Shown here: one piece after another, positions 25,985 to 40,246 of the stretch
Layout: every line of letters starts with the position of its first letter
How positions within the stretch are numbered: position 1 is the first letter of the stretch
NCBI GenBank assembly: GCA_043228905.1
Contig: JBHGNT010000005.1
Span: 7,688,001 to 7,752,000 of the forward strand
Source: Azolla caroliniana
Taxonomy: Eukaryota > Plantae > Polypodiophyta
Length of the DNA: 64,000 nt
Direction of reading: 5' to 3'
The notes under the pieces: generated by a model
What the model was told of the DNA's origin: nothing
The model's input: only the letters and a program-made list of their open reading frames with translations
The model's database searches: none
Program-made: the position numbers and the translations under genes

Positions 25985-28900
25985 GTCCAGCCAAAATAGG
26001 AGCCGTTTGGTTCAACAACCCTAGATCTGTGCAGCCCATTAGTGGTTCCATTCCCTCTAAGCAAGTTAGTGATGTGTTCGTAGCCCAAGTAATAGTTAGT
26101 ACTAAAAGTACCCCTCCAGTACATGTCCTAGCACTCCTAGATTCCGGAGCTAACTCTTGCTTTATGGATAAGAAATTTGCTCAAGCTCATAAGATATCCC
26201 TAAGAAAACTCCAGTGTCCAGCCTTTGTAGTAGTCATTGATGGACGTCCCATTGCTTCCGGAAATATCATAGAAGAGTCAGAGCCCATTAATATTGTCCT
26301 AGATAACTTAGCATGTGTAGTATCATTTAATATTATTAGTATCCCAGAACATCCCATAGTTTTAGGATTACCGTGGTTCGAGTTACATAACCCAGACATA
26401 GATTGGAGAACAAGAGAAATCCGGTGTCGACAAACCCAAGGGTCAACTCAGAAGATGGCAACCATTTCGCTACGTCAGTTGCGTAAAGAAGGGCACAAGG
26501 AGGAAATGTTCCTCTTTGCAATATCAGTAAACCCCTCCAACACCACTAAAGAAGAATCCACCGTTCAACTTCCCGAGAAGTATTGTCATTACGCCGATGT
26601 GTTCGATAAAGTACAAGCCAACACACTTCCTCATCATCGACCGTACGATTGCCCCATCAATTTACAACCGGGAAAAGAGCCGCCATGGGGACCGATCTAC
26701 AATTTGTCACCAACCGAGCTGGAAGTCCTTCGAGCCTATATAGAGGAGAATTTGGAAAATGGTTTCATCCGGCATTCGAAATCTCCAGCGGGCGCGCCCA
26801 TTTTCTTCGTCAAGAAAAAGGATGGATCGCTTCGTCTCGTTGTAGATTACCGTGGCCTGAATAAGGTTACAATCAGGAATAGGTATGCTCTTCCCCTTAT
26901 CTCAAGTCTTTTAGAACGGATCAATGGTGCCAGGTTCTTCACGAAGATTGACTTACGGGGAGCATATAACCTCGTACAGATCCGACCAGGAGACAAATGG
27001 AAGACCGCATTTGACACCAGATATGGGCACTTCGAGTATACGGTCATGTCGTTCGGCCTCACTAATGCGCCGGCAGTCTTCCAGCACATGGCTAATGATA
27101 TATTCCGAGATCTTTTGGATGATTATTTGATCGTCTATTTGGATGATCTACTGGTTTATTCAAAGACCCAAGAAGAACATGATTCTCATGTACTATTAGT
27201 ACTAAAACGACTTCGAGAACATGGTCTGTATGCAAAGTTGGAAAAATGTAGTTTCGGATGCAACCAAGTGGAATTTCTCGGCTACATCATTTCGTCAGAA
27301 GGCATCTCCATGGACCCAGCTAAGGTCAAAATGGTGGTAGAATGGCAGACTCCGCGTTCGGTGCGGGATGTGCAATGCTTCCTAGGCTTTGCCAATTTTT
27401 ACCAGAAGTTCATACAAGATTACTCAAAGATTGCTCTACCTCTCACACAACTTACCAGGAATGGACAACCGTTCATCTGGTCTGAAGAAACGGATGTGGC
27501 TTTCGAGAGTCTTAAAAAGGCATTTACCTCGGCTCCAATTCTAGCTCATGTCGATCCAGAAAAACCATTCATTATCAAAGCTGACGCATCGGATTTTGCA
27601 TTGGGGAGCATTCTGTCACAACAGGGGAATGATGAGAAGCTACATCCTGTGGCTTTTCACTCACACAAGTTTGACGCCACCGAAATCAACTACGAAATTC
27701 ATGATAAGGAGCTATTGGCAATAGTGGATTCTTTTATGCAATGGAGGCATTTTCTGGAGGGATCCTCTCATTCGGTCACCGTATTTAGTGACCACAAGAA
27801 CCTTGCCTACTTTCAGGATGCTCGTGTGTTGAATCGATGTCAAGCTCGGTGGGCCCACTTCCTCATGCATTTCGACTTCAAAATTACATATCGTCCAGGG
27901 AAGCACCAAGGGAAGGCAAATGCATTATCACGGCGTTCGTATCTAGCACCCCGTCCCGGCGAGCCAGCTTTCGATAACCAAAAATAAGTCATCTTGGGAC
28001 CGGCACGACTACAAGCAACACAGATCTTTGACATGCCCATGGATTCCCGCGTTATCGATACCATATGCGAAGACTTGAAGACAGATGCGTTCGCCCAAGC
28101 TATACTAGCACAAATTGATCCCTCTCGAGCGTCGTGTTCATAGTCACAACCACCAGGTACGGACTATCGGCAATTCAAATACCATGATGGATTACTCTTC
28201 TTTAAAGAACTTTTGTATGTTCCTAATGGTTCTTGCCGCCTTCAAGTAGTACAAAACTGTCATGATACATATATAGCTGGCCATTTTGGTAGTACTAAAA
28301 CACTACATTTAGTACAACGATCATTCTGGTGGCCCTATATGCGACAATTTGTCAAGGATTTTGTTCGGACTTGTGATACATGCTGCAGAGCGAAAATGCC
28401 AAGGCATCATCCATATGGTTTATTAGAACCATTACCAATTCCAAGCAAGCCGTGGCAGTCCATTGCTCTAGACTTCATCACAGATCTTCCAGTCTCTAAG
28501 GGGTTCAATGCGATTCTAACGATGGTCGATCGATATACGAAGATGGCTCATTTCTTGCCATGTACTAAGGAGATCTCCAGTGAAGACACTGCCGAAATTG
28601 TCATGCGTGAAGTATGTCGGCATCATGGACTTCCCGATAGTATCATCAGCGACCGTGGACCCCAGTTCGTGTCAAAATTCTGGAAGCACCTTTTTAACAT
28701 GCTCAAGGTCAGTTGTAACCTCTCCTCCGGCTACCACCCACAAACCGATGGCCAAGCCGAACGAACCAATCAAACGCTGGAGCAGTATCTGTGTTGCTTT
28801 CTCAGCTATCATCAGGATGACTGGGCAAATATCCTCCACTTCGCCGAATTTGCCTATAACAACTCTATCCACGCATCCACGAAAGTTACGCCATTTTATG

Positions 28901-29568
28901 CTTATACGGGATGTCACCCCCGGTGGTGTGTACTTGAAACCCCAGAGGTGTCCACAAATCCTTGCGTAGAGGATCGTTTGGAGAGGTTACGCAAGATACA
29001 AGCGGATTTGTCTACTCATCTCCAACAAGCTCAACAAACACACAAGGTTTATGCGGATCGTCATCGACTCCCATCTACTTTTAACATTGGAGATCGGATA
29101 TGGCTACTCCGACGACACATCAAGACTACTCGCCCATGCGAGAAGTTGGATTATCGGCGATTAGGTCCTTTCCATATTATAGGAAAGATTAATGATGTCG
29201 CTTTTCGTCTTGATCTACCTCCACAACTTCGGATACATCCGGTGTTTCATAGTTCTCTCCTCGAACCCTATCAAGAGAGCACCATCCCAGGCCGTATTAC
29301 ACAGCCTCCACCCCCGATCGAGCTTGAAGATGGACTTGAGTACGAGCTTGCTGCCATCCTTGATTCCAAGTTTGTTCGCAACAAGCTCTACTATCTAGTC
29401 GATTGGCTAGGATATAGTCCCAACGAGCGTACTTGGGAACCAATAGAGAATGTCACCAATGCTCGTGCTCTTCTTGAAGACTTCCATCGTCAATATCCAG
29501 ACAAACCGGGTCCTCAATCCAAAACGACTCGTTACACTCGTCGTTTTAAAGGGGGGATAGTGTCATGA
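25975..29568 (+). pseudogene. G pol (PR-RT-RH-IN-chromodomain), stops at 27985 and 28141
   Basis: LLDSGANSCF, VYLDDLLVYS, ALDFITDLP..SDRG..GQAER, chromodomain YELAAILDSK..YYLVDWLGY..ERTWEP. Confidence 0.93.
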
Positions 29569-32084
29569 TATGGCAAGAATCGAACCCATGACCTTATGCT
29601 ACATGGGTCGAGCTCTTGACCATTAGATTATACATTGTAATACGTAGAATATTATTTTCATTTATGTTTTATTATAGAAAATTGATGTATATTCCAGATT
29701 TCTCTGGAACATTCTAGAAACTTCAGGAGTATTCCTTAGAACACTATAAAAGGAGGCACAAGGCATTATTTCGAACCAAATCGGTTCAACGCCAGTCTTA
29801 AGCCTCCTAGTTACTGTACATTTTCTTCACATAATATATATCTTTTCTTATCATCACTCTCTCGATCTCTCGATCTCTCTCTCCCTCCCACTCACTCACT
29901 CTTTCCTTCTCTCGAGAGTTCTTCACCTCTCTTAGTACTAATACTTCTTTTAGTACTAAGTCCTTCTCTGTCTTAGTACTATTCCTGACACAAGGCATTG
30001 TGGTTGCCGATACAATATGGCAAGGACAGACTTGACAAAATAGATGCATTAACTTGGGAAGCCATGCATCAAAAGGCAATCACATATATATGGTGTTTAT
30101 AGACAGGAGTCTATAGAACAACTTCAATGATGAGACAGAAGTTGATGTCATGTGGAAGAAGATAACGAGTATGTTTGAGACGAAAAATGCCTTAACTCGA
30201 GTCTTCGTCTTTAGGAAGATAGTGAGGCCGAGATACCAGGATGGCTTAAGTATGGCTGAGCACTTGAATGCCTTTTAAGGGCTAATAAACCAAACCATCT
30301 CTCTAGAAATGCCTCTAGGTGATGAGGTATTAGCTTTGTTGTTGCTAGACTCACTTCCAGACATTTGGGAGACACTTGTGGTGACTTTAAGTAACTTAGC
30401 ACCACGAGGGAAACAATTGACACTAGACATGTTGAAGTCGAGCTTGTTGAATGAAGAAGCTTGACAAAAAGACAAAGAGTCCAACTCTGACCATAAGGCC
30501 CTAGTCACAGAAAGTGACTCTAGTAGAGGAAGGGGCAGGTAGAGAGGTCCTCTAAACAGGGACAAGTACAGATCGAGGTTGAAGTCTAGATGAAGGCTCA
30601 TGTGCTTCTACTGTGGAAAGTCGGGGCATTTCCAAAAGAATTGTTGGCGCTATAAAAAGGACAAAGGGAGTGTTCAAGGTGTTGGACCGAAAAGGATTTT
30701 GAACTATAAGAACACCTCGGCCATTGTCATGAGTGAGGAGAACCTATTGTTCGTTAGTGAATAGAACAGTGTAAACCTCGCATATGATGAGTCCACTTCG
30801 GTAGTTGACTTAGGTGTATCATTCCATCTAACTCCCAAGAGAGAGTGCTTCTCATCCTACACAATTGAAGTCTATGAATATGTGATTATGGGAAATGAGG
30901 ATGCATTTAAATTTGTTGGAATTCCTAATGTGTGTTTGTTGACATCTACAAGTTGCAAAATGATGTTAAGATATGTACGCCATGTTCACGATATCAAATT
31001 GAATATGATATCAATCAAACGGTTAAACGATGAAAGCTATAGTGGTAGCTTTCAGAGGGGAACGTGGAAATTCTGCAAAGGCAATCTAATAGTGGCTCAT
31101 GCTCAAAAGCAAAATACACTTTATGCGATGCATGTATGGTTGTGCCGAAGTGAGGCAAATGTGGATGCCGACACAACTGGTGAGTTGTGTCACAAGAGGC
31201 TCACCCACATGGGTCATAGGGGAATGCAGATGTTGGCCGAAAAGTAACTCCTACAGGAGGTAAGAAATATGCATCTAGATAAATGTATTGATTGTTTGGC
31301 CAGCAAGAAAAATAGGTCTTCCTTTCGCCCTAGGCCTCTGATGAGGAGGAAAGTTGCTTTGGAATTGGTGGACACAGATGTATGTTATGTTGATGCAAAG
31401 TCACATGTTGGTGCACAATAGTTTGAAACGTTTATTGATTATTACAATTGAAAGTTGTGGGCTTTTGTCTTGAAGATGAAGGACCAAGTGACGTCCGTCT
31501 TCAAGGAATTCCAAGCAAGAGCAGAAACAGAGTCCAAACAAAAGTTGAAGGTTGTCCTGACAGACAATGGGGGTGAGTATACAATACCCAAAACTCCTGA
31601 GCTAAATGGTATGGCTGAAAGGATGAATAGAAGGATCGTGGAAAGGATCATATGTATGCTATCACATACCAAGCTTGGAAAGACCTATTGGGTTGAGGTG
31701 TTGATGATGGCAATTTACATTATAAACAGGTCTCCCTCAGTGACACTTGATGGTGATGTCCCCACAGAGGGTGTGGATAGGAAAACATGTGTCTTACCGG
31801 CATATGAGGGTGTTCGGATGTCTAGGATATGTACATGTGGCAAAGGACCAAAGATCAAAATTGAACAACAAGTCCCAGCCATGTATTTTCTTGGGGTACT
31901 ATGAGGACGAATTTTGCTATAGACTATGGGACCTGATAGGCAAGAAGGTCATAGGAACCTGGACATAGTCTTTATGGAGGACAATACTATTGTTGACTGG
32001 GAAATGGAAATACCAGGGTCATCCTCCTAACCAGTCGGTAGATGGAAGCCGGTTGAAGCAGCGAAATCCATATTGGTAGAAACA

Positions 32085-32250
32085 AGCCGAAGCGAATACA
32101 AGCCGACTAGAAGCTAGCAGCCGACTGATGTACATATAGAGTCGGCCAACACTAGGCAACCAACTGATGTACATATAGAGCCAGTCGGCACAAGGCAACC
32201 GACTGATGCATATGTAGAGTCGGCCGACAAAAGGCAATCGGCCGATGAAG
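32085..32250 (+). repeat. About four degenerate ~39-bp tandem repeats in the copia IN-RT linker
   Basis: CCGACTGATGTACATATAGAGTCGGCC...AGGCAA recurs. Confidence 0.75.
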
Positions 32251-32727
32251 CTGAATCAAATTCGAATGAAGACCTAGCTAAGGCAGCCGAACCAGAGCCA
32301 ACTACTCATGGAAGAAGGTACCCCCACGAGGAGACGGAGAGCTCCCTGCTGATATCTAGCCAGAGAGTATGTGTTGCGAGCTTATGAAGGGGAGCCGGAA
32401 TGCTTTGAGGAAGCAATGACTGATGCCCATAGAAAAGGAGTGGTAGTGTACCATGCAAGGCGAAATGGATTCCTTGCATGAGAGCCACACATATGAGCTG
32501 ACTAAGTTGCCAAAAGGAAAGAAGGCACTAAGAAATAAGTGGGTATACAAGTTGAAACCTGGAGAGAATGGAAATCCACCCCGATACAAAGCCCGCATTG
32601 TGGTGATTTAGGGCTTCCAACAGAAAAAAGGTGTAGATTTCGATGAAATATTTTCCCCAGCGGTAAAGATGACATTCATTAGCAGCCAGCATGAACTTGG
32701 AGGTAGAGAAATTGGATGTCAAGACGC

Positions 32728-33483
32728 TGTCGTGGAGGATTTCGTCCACAAGGAGAAAACACATTGAATGCCTAGGAACGAGGGTGTGCACATATGCAAA
32801 TGAAGGGGGGCTTATGTACAAACAATTGTAAATAACATAGTATTAATAAGTACAAGAAAAGATAGCTTTTATTAGTGCTTATGAGCCCTCAAAAAGAGGG
32901 GAAGAATAATAGGACGTGATGGGAGGAAGTAACAGAATCATGGGACATCTTTGAGGGAAACGGATGCCATTACAACTTGATGTAACTGGCCCTCCTTGAG
33001 CTATAAAAGGAGGGGAGGAGTATTGGAGGGGGAATCATTTTTGGGTATGTCGAAGTGTTGTCGGATTTGGAGAGAGGGTTGTGGTTCTGCTTGGGTCCTG
33101 CTAGTTGTGGGGGGCCTCCGCTCGCGTAGTGAGCCCGTGTGCTCCCAACCAGAGGTTCACAACCATGTATTTGCCTAAGCCTTGTGTTATGCTAGCCGGC
33201 CTAGGGCCATTCTTGTATTTTTTTATTTACTATTAATCGATTCATTGTCTTCTGCATTTGTGTGTTGTGTACTATGTGATCTTTGTCTTCGTTGTTTCTT
33301 TTCTCGTTTCATCTCGTGCTTGCGGCATGCATCTACGGGCTCGTGTGCTCATTACCCAGAAGTCGGATCCAAGGCCGGTCCGATCACGACAAACACTCAG
33401 TCGGCACCTATCATTAAGCTCTCTAGTCCGAGATCCCGATGGTCCCACCCAAGCTGACACGTAAGTTGCGGACTACCACGACA
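32728..33483 (+). mobile_element. Solo LTR (A/C/F-type termini) inserted in the copia RT
   Basis: TGTCGTGG...CCACGACA with 4-bp TSD ACGC (32724-32727 and 33484-33487). Splits the DVKT.FLHG motif; TATA CTATAAAAG at 33001. Confidence 0.9.
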
Positions 33484-34857
33484 ACGCTTTCTTGCATGGT
33501 GGTCTAGAAGAAGAGATCTACATGCAACGACAAAAAGGATTTGAAGAGAAAGGGAAAGAAAACCCAGAATGTTGGTTGAGGAAGAGCTTGTATGGGCTGA
33601 AACAAGCTCCCCGACAATGGTATAAAAAGTTTGAATCCTTCATGGTAGATCATGGATTCTACAAAACACACTTAGCCGACCATTGTGTTTTTGTGAAGAG
33701 ATATGATGGAGGAGATTTTCTAATTTTCCTATTGTATGTTGATGACATGCTTATTGTCATACAGGACATAAAGAAGATCGCAAGTTTGAAAAAGGCTTAG
33801 CGTAAGTCCTTTGCAATGAAAGATTTGGGTCTGGCAAAGCAGATATTGGGGATGCACATAGTCTAGGACAGGACAAAGAACATGTTATGGCGGTCACAGG
33901 AAAAGCACGTGACAAAGGTGCTCCATATGTTCAACATGCAAAATGCCAAGCCAATCAGCTCGATATTGCCAACAAATTGCAAGTTGAATGTCAATCAATG
34001 TCCGAAGACCAAAAAGGATAAAGTGGAGATGAGGAAGATACCATATGCCTTAGTTGTGGGAAATCTAATGTATGTTATGTGTGTAGCATGTTGGACATTG
34101 CATATGTTGTCGGAACTATTAGCTAATACATGAGCAATCTCGGAAAGGAATATTGGGTTGTAGTAAAGTGGATACTCAGATACCTGAGAAGAACCTCAAG
34201 TGTTTGCCTCAAATACGGCTCAGGGCAACCCATGCTTGAAGGGTTTACAAGCAGTCAATGATTATTCTAGTTGATCTACATCTAGGTATGGAATGATCTA
34301 TGCTGGGGGAGTTGTATCTTGGCAATATAGGTTGCAAAAGTCTGTGGCTTTGTCAACCACCTAAGCTTAGCACATGGCGGTTGAGGAACTAAAATATGGA
34401 TGAGAGATTTCATGAGTGAGTTAGGAATGAGGCAAGATGAATTCCTCAACCGCCATGTGCTTAGCACTGTGATAATGAAAGTGGCATCCACCTTGCTAAC
34501 ACTCTTGGATCAAATATATCAAGAGGATATATCTTTGGTTACGAGAAAGACTGGAAGAAAAGGAATTTGCCCTTCAAGTAAAGATCCATACAAATGATAA
34601 TGGATCAGATATGCTGATGAAAGTTTTGTCAATGGACAAACTAAAAGCTTGCCAGCTGAAGATAAGCATGGTCGACTCTTCCATACATGATGAGTGAATG
34701 GGGAGTTTGTTATAAAATGATGTCCCTCATCATGGGAGAAGAGTTTATTCGGCTAGAGGGCTGAGTATATGGGCTGGCTTAGAGCCGACTGAAATCTAGG
34801 TAAAGGGTCTAAAGAGCCGGCAAATGCCAAGTGTTGAATCTAGGGACAAATATGTAA

Positions 34858-34942
34858 ACATACATATATACATACATACATGTGTGTGTGTATGTATGTA
34901 TGTATGTATGTATGTATGTATGTATGTATGTATGTATGTATA
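34858..34942. repeat. (TATG)n microsatellite in the copia 3' LTR, upstream of TATAAACCCTAG
   Basis: Directly visible; a shorter version is in the 5' LTR near 23720. Confidence 0.9.
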
Positions 34943-35887
34943 AACCCTAGGGAGTTAGCTTATTTTGATTAGTGTTTAACAGAGAACGATAAAGAAAAAC
35001 AGGAGTGGGCGGTGTTGTGCCGATTGAGCTCGCATGAGTGTGTTGACCCTCGAATCTGATCTCACCAAGATCGACGACTTTGCGTAGACCAGGTTCTAGT
35101 GTTGTCATTTCTCTGTTGCTTCTTCTGTTCATTGTGTGAATCTGTTTGTTGAGACGAAGGTCTGATCAAGGTTGTGGCCTTGGCTAAATGACTATACCTC
35201 TCATCGGCTAGGGAAGCCCAAAAACACTTGGACATACTGTAATAGTGATCTGTTGTTGAGTCTGTGGACTCCCATGGTTTTTCCCATTTAAGGTTTTCCA
35301 CATAAATTTTTTGTGACTGCTCTTTCTTTTCTATTTTGTATGTTCGTAACACCTACTTATCAGCTGAGTAGCTTAGGATAGACTTGTAAGTCGGTTGTCT
35401 GACCTTGTATTCCCCATTATTTTTGACATACTCATAAGGACCCATGACACATGAAAAAGAAAGAAAGAAGAAAGAAAGAAATATTAATGTCTTCTAAGAC
35501 CAAATTTGGCCCATGAGAACATGTATAGTCTAGACTCTATAAGCCTAAGGAGTTGGGCAAGGGGCTACTACTAGCTTATACACCCTTCAATCATTATCAC
35601 ATCTTAAGACACAAGGCAAATCTCCCTTCTTTCAAATTTGTTCATCCCAATTTCCAAGATATGATATATAGTTATTTTATATAAGTGGTATTTTATATAT
35701 TTGTCTCTTGTCTTTTGGTGTGGGGTCACGGGTGGTCAATGTGGTTAAGCACTTTTGAACTATTAGTATATTAATGTTAATATTGATTGTTTATCATTAG
35801 TATTTGATTTGTAATGCATACCTCCATAGAACGTTATAACGTCTTCGTGCAAGCATTCAAACGTTTGAAAAGGGAAAAATGCGTACT

Positions 35888-36190
35888 TTTTTTTTCTTTT
35901 TCTTTTTATTATCATTATAGATTAGCTCACCCTAGTGGTGAATTGTCATGCTATTGTTGTCTATGTCTTGGGTTCAATTTTGAACTTTTTCATCTCTCTC
36001 TCCTTATTGTCGTGTCATAGCAAAATTTTATGTTAGTGTCATGTTCCTTTTTTTCTTTTCTTTTTTCTTTCTTTAATATTAGAAATTAGCTCAACCTAGT
36101 GGTAAATTGTCATGCTACCATTGCCCATCTTGGGTTTAATTCCCAATTTTCTCATATCCTTCTCGTTAGTGTCACGTCATGGAAATTCTT
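35888..36190. repeat. Two diverged ~165-bp tandem copies
   Basis: TTAGCTCA(C/A)CCTAGTGGT(G/A)AATTGTCATGCTA at about 35922 and 36086. Confidence 0.7.
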
Positions 36191-36706
36191 AAGAAGCATC
36201 CCAAAGGTATGCATGTGATACAATGCAAATATTGCAATCATACTTATGTTGGTGGTTCACAATGGATTAGAGTCCACTTATTGGGATTGAGAGTGAATCA
36301 ATATATAATATAGACCATAGTCAATCCAATCCAACTTCCAAATGATTTACCATACACGTTGTCGTGCCTTTCAGCTCCGGATCGTTGCGTCAGTCGGGTG
36401 GGAACCGCTGGGGTTTTGGACTAGGAGGAAAGAAAATTCTAAGGCAATTAAGAATATGAAATATATTGTAAGAAAGAAAGATATGAAAAACTCGTGAATC
36501 CCACGAGTATAGTGTATTAGTGAGTACTCAAATTAAGAGAGAAAAATAGTTAGCAAACTCGTGGATCCCATGATTATATTATATTAATCAACCCTTGTAA
36601 AATAATCAACAATGTAATTTTTCACATAGTGTGCGAATTACACTACGACACTCACCCCCTCCGAACCCGCACATCCTCCGGTATGTGCCGAAGTCCTCGA
36701 TGCTTG

Positions 36707-39700
36707 CTATTCACCTTCATCCGAAGCTTCCTCCAATTCTCCCCTTAAGTCGATTATGAGTTGTAATCCACTTTCCTCGCTTTCCGCATCACCGCGATCT
36801 TCGTCTGATTGCTCCTTCTTGTCGGTCTTGTCTAGGATCACATAGGGTTCTTCTTCAGTCCGCTTCTTGAAAATCTTTACCCGTTTCCCGGCAATAGGCA
36901 CTTGTAGCATCATTCCATCCAACTCGCATAGTCGGTAAGTTCCATTGTCGAAAAATTTCCGAATCTCATATGGCCCGAACCACCTTTTCACGAACTTCCA
37001 CATCGTTGTATGTTGATGATCCAAACTACTGTCGTAGCAATCACCCAATCTCCTTCTTCAATCTTCCGCGGTCGTAGTCGGTGCTTTGTGTCGAACCAGC
37101 TTTTATTCCGGAATCGTGCTTCTTGTTGTCGACGTATTGCTTCCGCTATGTCTTCTAGTCTTCCCTCTAGTTGTCGTATCCGGACTGCTAGTAGTTCTTT
37201 CTCGGCTCATCTCTTCCTTCCACGGTAGCACTGTCCATGTCGCGATTGCAGTTTCCATTGGCATTACCAATGCTTGTTCGGTCATGAGTTCTGTTGGCAT
37301 GTAACCGGTTACGGAGCTATGCGTCGTCCGATCCGCCCATAGTGCATACGGAAGCATCAGCGGCCAATCCTTCACCCTTCCATCGCATGCCTTCGCAAGT
37401 GCTTTGACAATCGGACTATGTCCTCGTTCGATCTTCCCGTTGGCTTCCGGATTGTATGTCGTTGTCAGTGTTAACCGAACTCCATGCTTAGTGAAGAATT
37501 CCTTAGCTTTATCAGAGTCGAGTTCTCCCCGATCCGCAATCACTTGTCCTACGCACCTGTACCTGCAAAACATTTCTTCCAAGAGGAATTGGCATACCGT
37601 AGAACACGTTTTCCTCCGTAGCGCCCGACCTTCTACTTGGTTTGTGAGATCTTCCTGAGCTAACACCAAGTACTTCTTTTGTCCGATCCCGGTTGGCATG
37701 ACAATATCGACCATCCATTTGAAGTTGATTATTGGTGAGAATGTCGGATGTAGCTCTTCTCGGTGTCGAACTCCGGAGTAGATTTGACACTTCTCGCAAC
37801 TTTCTGTGAACTTCGCTATATCTTTGTACATGTTCTTCCACCAATATCTTTGCTTGATCTTCCCAAATGTTGCCCATGTTCCCCGATGTCCAACCCAATT
37901 AGATTCATGAAATTCGGACATTACCTGGTTCCATTGCTCTTTTGTCCCGACTACTCAAAGTGGTATGCCATCCGGTCTTTTCGGCTCCCTCCATAGTAAT
38001 CCACTTTTCAAGAAGAACTTTCGGACTTGCCGCTTCTTACTTCGGATCTCGGCTCTCTTCTCTTTATTGTTCGATGATTCCTCGATTTCTTGTAGCACTT
38101 TCCCGATCAACAAGCTTTCTCCCTCGTATTCTTCTTCCCGGAATTCTCAGATTACGTTCACCCGGCATATGTGCTCCGAAGCAAAGTAGTCTTTGGAAAC
38201 TTCTTCATTATCGGATTCGGTTATGTCATCTCCGAACCGCGCCCTTGATAGCATATCCGCTACAGCGTTGTCTTTTCCGGAGATGTGTCTTACCTCCGGA
38301 TTAAGTGACTTAACATATGCAATCCATCTTAGCATAGCCACATCCGGTATCGTGCAACACCGCATCATCCCGAGTATCGGAAGACAATCCGTTACGATCA
38401 CTACTTCGGCTCCGATCAAATAATCTTGATCCGATTTGATTGCCAACACGACTCCCCATAATTCTCTTATAACTTGTGCATATCCGCGTTGCCTTTCGTT
38501 AAGAACCTTTGCTCCGAATCGGATCGGATATCGCGAACCTTCCGGATCGGCTTGATTGATGACCCATCCGATTCCGGTTGGACTTGTGTCAACCGTTACT
38601 ATGATTGGTTGGTCGTAGTTCGGCTTCTTTAGTGCTTCTGCCCTCCGTAGTGATTTCTTGAGCTTCTTCACGGCTTTGGTATGCTCCGGTTTCCATTCAA
38701 ACTTCTTACCCTTCCGCAACAAGTGATAGAGTGGGTCCGCTATATGTGCATAGTGCGGAATCCATATGTGGTAGAATGCACATGCTCCAAGAAACCTTCG
38801 AACTTCGGATTGTGACTCACATACTTCTTTCATAGCTTGAATTGCATCGATCTTGGTTGGTGATGGTCTTCGGCCGTATGGCCCACATAGATGTCCGACT
38901 ACCAATATTTCTTCTTGTCCAAATGCCGATTTCTCTCTGGAAAGTGTTAGATGCACATCTTCTAACTTCCGTAACACTTTCTCACAATCACGGATATGGT
39001 TGACTACAAACCTTTGGCATCCCCGTTCATCCATAGCTTCATCTTTTTCTTCCACCGCACACCCTTTCATCGGAATGTCATCTAGGAACGGCATCGTTAT
39101 CTCCGGTATGCAATCCCGAAGCACCTTGTTCATTGCATTCATCATATGTGCGACTGAGTTCGTCGCGCCTTGTGGTAGTGTACACATCTGGACTAACCCC
39201 ATCGGTGCCCGCATGGTAGTGATGTCTCGGCTCTTCACAGCTAGTTGGAATTGGTCCTATCCGGAGTATAGGTCTCCGATGGAGTATATCACGCGACCGG
39301 CAAATGCTTCCGCAAATTCGTCCACTATCGGACCGACTCCGGAGTTCCGGATTGTGACCTTGTTTACCGGTTGCAAATCTTGAATAAATCGGAGTGACCC
39401 ATTCTCCTTCGGAACCGTAAACCATCGATTTGAGTACGGAGCATTTGATGGCTCTAGAATCCCCATCGCCACCTTCTCCTTGAGCAAGTCGATGATTTTT
39501 GGAATATGTGCCCATGGCTCCGGAATCGGCTTCAGGTTCCACGGCACATGGTCAATCGTGAAGATCACCATCGGCTCCACTATCTTCGGGTGAGCGCATC
39601 CTATTTCTTTCGAAGTAAATGCAAATGCTCTCCCATGTCGCTCTAGCATCCCACAGAATCGTTCTTCTTCATTCTTTAATAGGAACCCACCTCCACCAAT

Positions 39701-40246
39701 CCGAAGTTTCTTCTGGGTCTCATCCGTGAAGGCATGTCCGATATCCATGGACTTCCAAAGTGTTGGATCCTGCGAGACTTCTTTCCTCTTTTGTTCGCTA
39801 TCTACGGGTAACGGTCTCGCAGCCGGTTTCATTTTCTTCTCCACGGTCTTGTATTTCGTACTTACCACTGCTTCTTCTTTGCGGAGCGCATCCGGGCCCA
39901 TTTTCACAATGATCTCGTACATCTCGACCGACTCCACCGGAATTACCCGGTTTCCCTGGCTTGTATCTTCCGCGAGCTCTTCAAGCCGTTGTAGTGTGCT
40001 CCCATAGAACACTTCTTCGACTATTCCCACGATTTCTTCGTCCTCTTTTATTATTGATGCCGACCGTAACTTATCCTCCACTTTTCGGTATTCTTTCTTC
40101 ATTCCTCCAGTTACGGTTGTGTACGTGGATGCCCCATCCGGACCGATTCGTACTTGTTTTGCACCAAGAGGTTTCTTCCTGTGTGGGGTATTAGGGCTTC
40201 TCGGACTATCACTTCCCCACTCCGCAACAGTCCGCTCTAAAAATCC
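36707..40246 (-). pseudogene. F pol (RT-RH-IN) with stops and frameshifts
   Basis: ORFs 39257-40102, 38147-39238, 37103-37921 and 36707-37048 are collinear with C pol. Confidence 0.92.

Larger units (their letters stand above)
24344..29990 (+). mobile_element. Element G: full-length chromovirus of Tcn1/Tf1-sushi type inserted in copia gag
   Basis: LTRs 24344-24757 and 29561-29990 (TGTCA...TGACA). 5-bp TSD CAAGG at 24339-24343 and 29991-29995. PPT AAAGGGGGGATAG. No tRNA PBS; has a self-complementary PBS instead. Confidence 0.96.
24253..34690 (+). pseudogene. E gag-pol remnants, interrupted at 24344-29995 and 32728-33487
   Basis: MFKLTGPNYSVWKSKM gag start, CFYCGKSGHFQKNC knuckle, TDNGGEY..NGMAERMNR integrase, YVDD RT; many stops and frameshifts. 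Confidence 0.9.
23546..35419 (+). mobile_element. Element E: old, degraded Ty1/copia retrotransposon (Tnt1-like), hosting G and a solo LTR
   Basis: Diverged LTRs 23546-24200 (first ~30 bp missing) and 34708-35419. Degenerate Met PBS TTGTATCAGAGC at 24204; PPT GAATGGGGAG. Integrase precedes RT; motifs LRKSLYGLKQAPRQWY and LLYVDDML. Confidence 0.92.

Noticed and set aside
25160-27987. Domesticated PEG10/RTL1-like host gene
   Set aside because: Flanked by LTRs, TSD and PPT, and contains stops; an ordinary retrotransposon.
35728-35760. A-box-like GTGGTCAATGTGGTTAAGCAC, possible SINE head
   Set aside because: No B box follows; too short to support.
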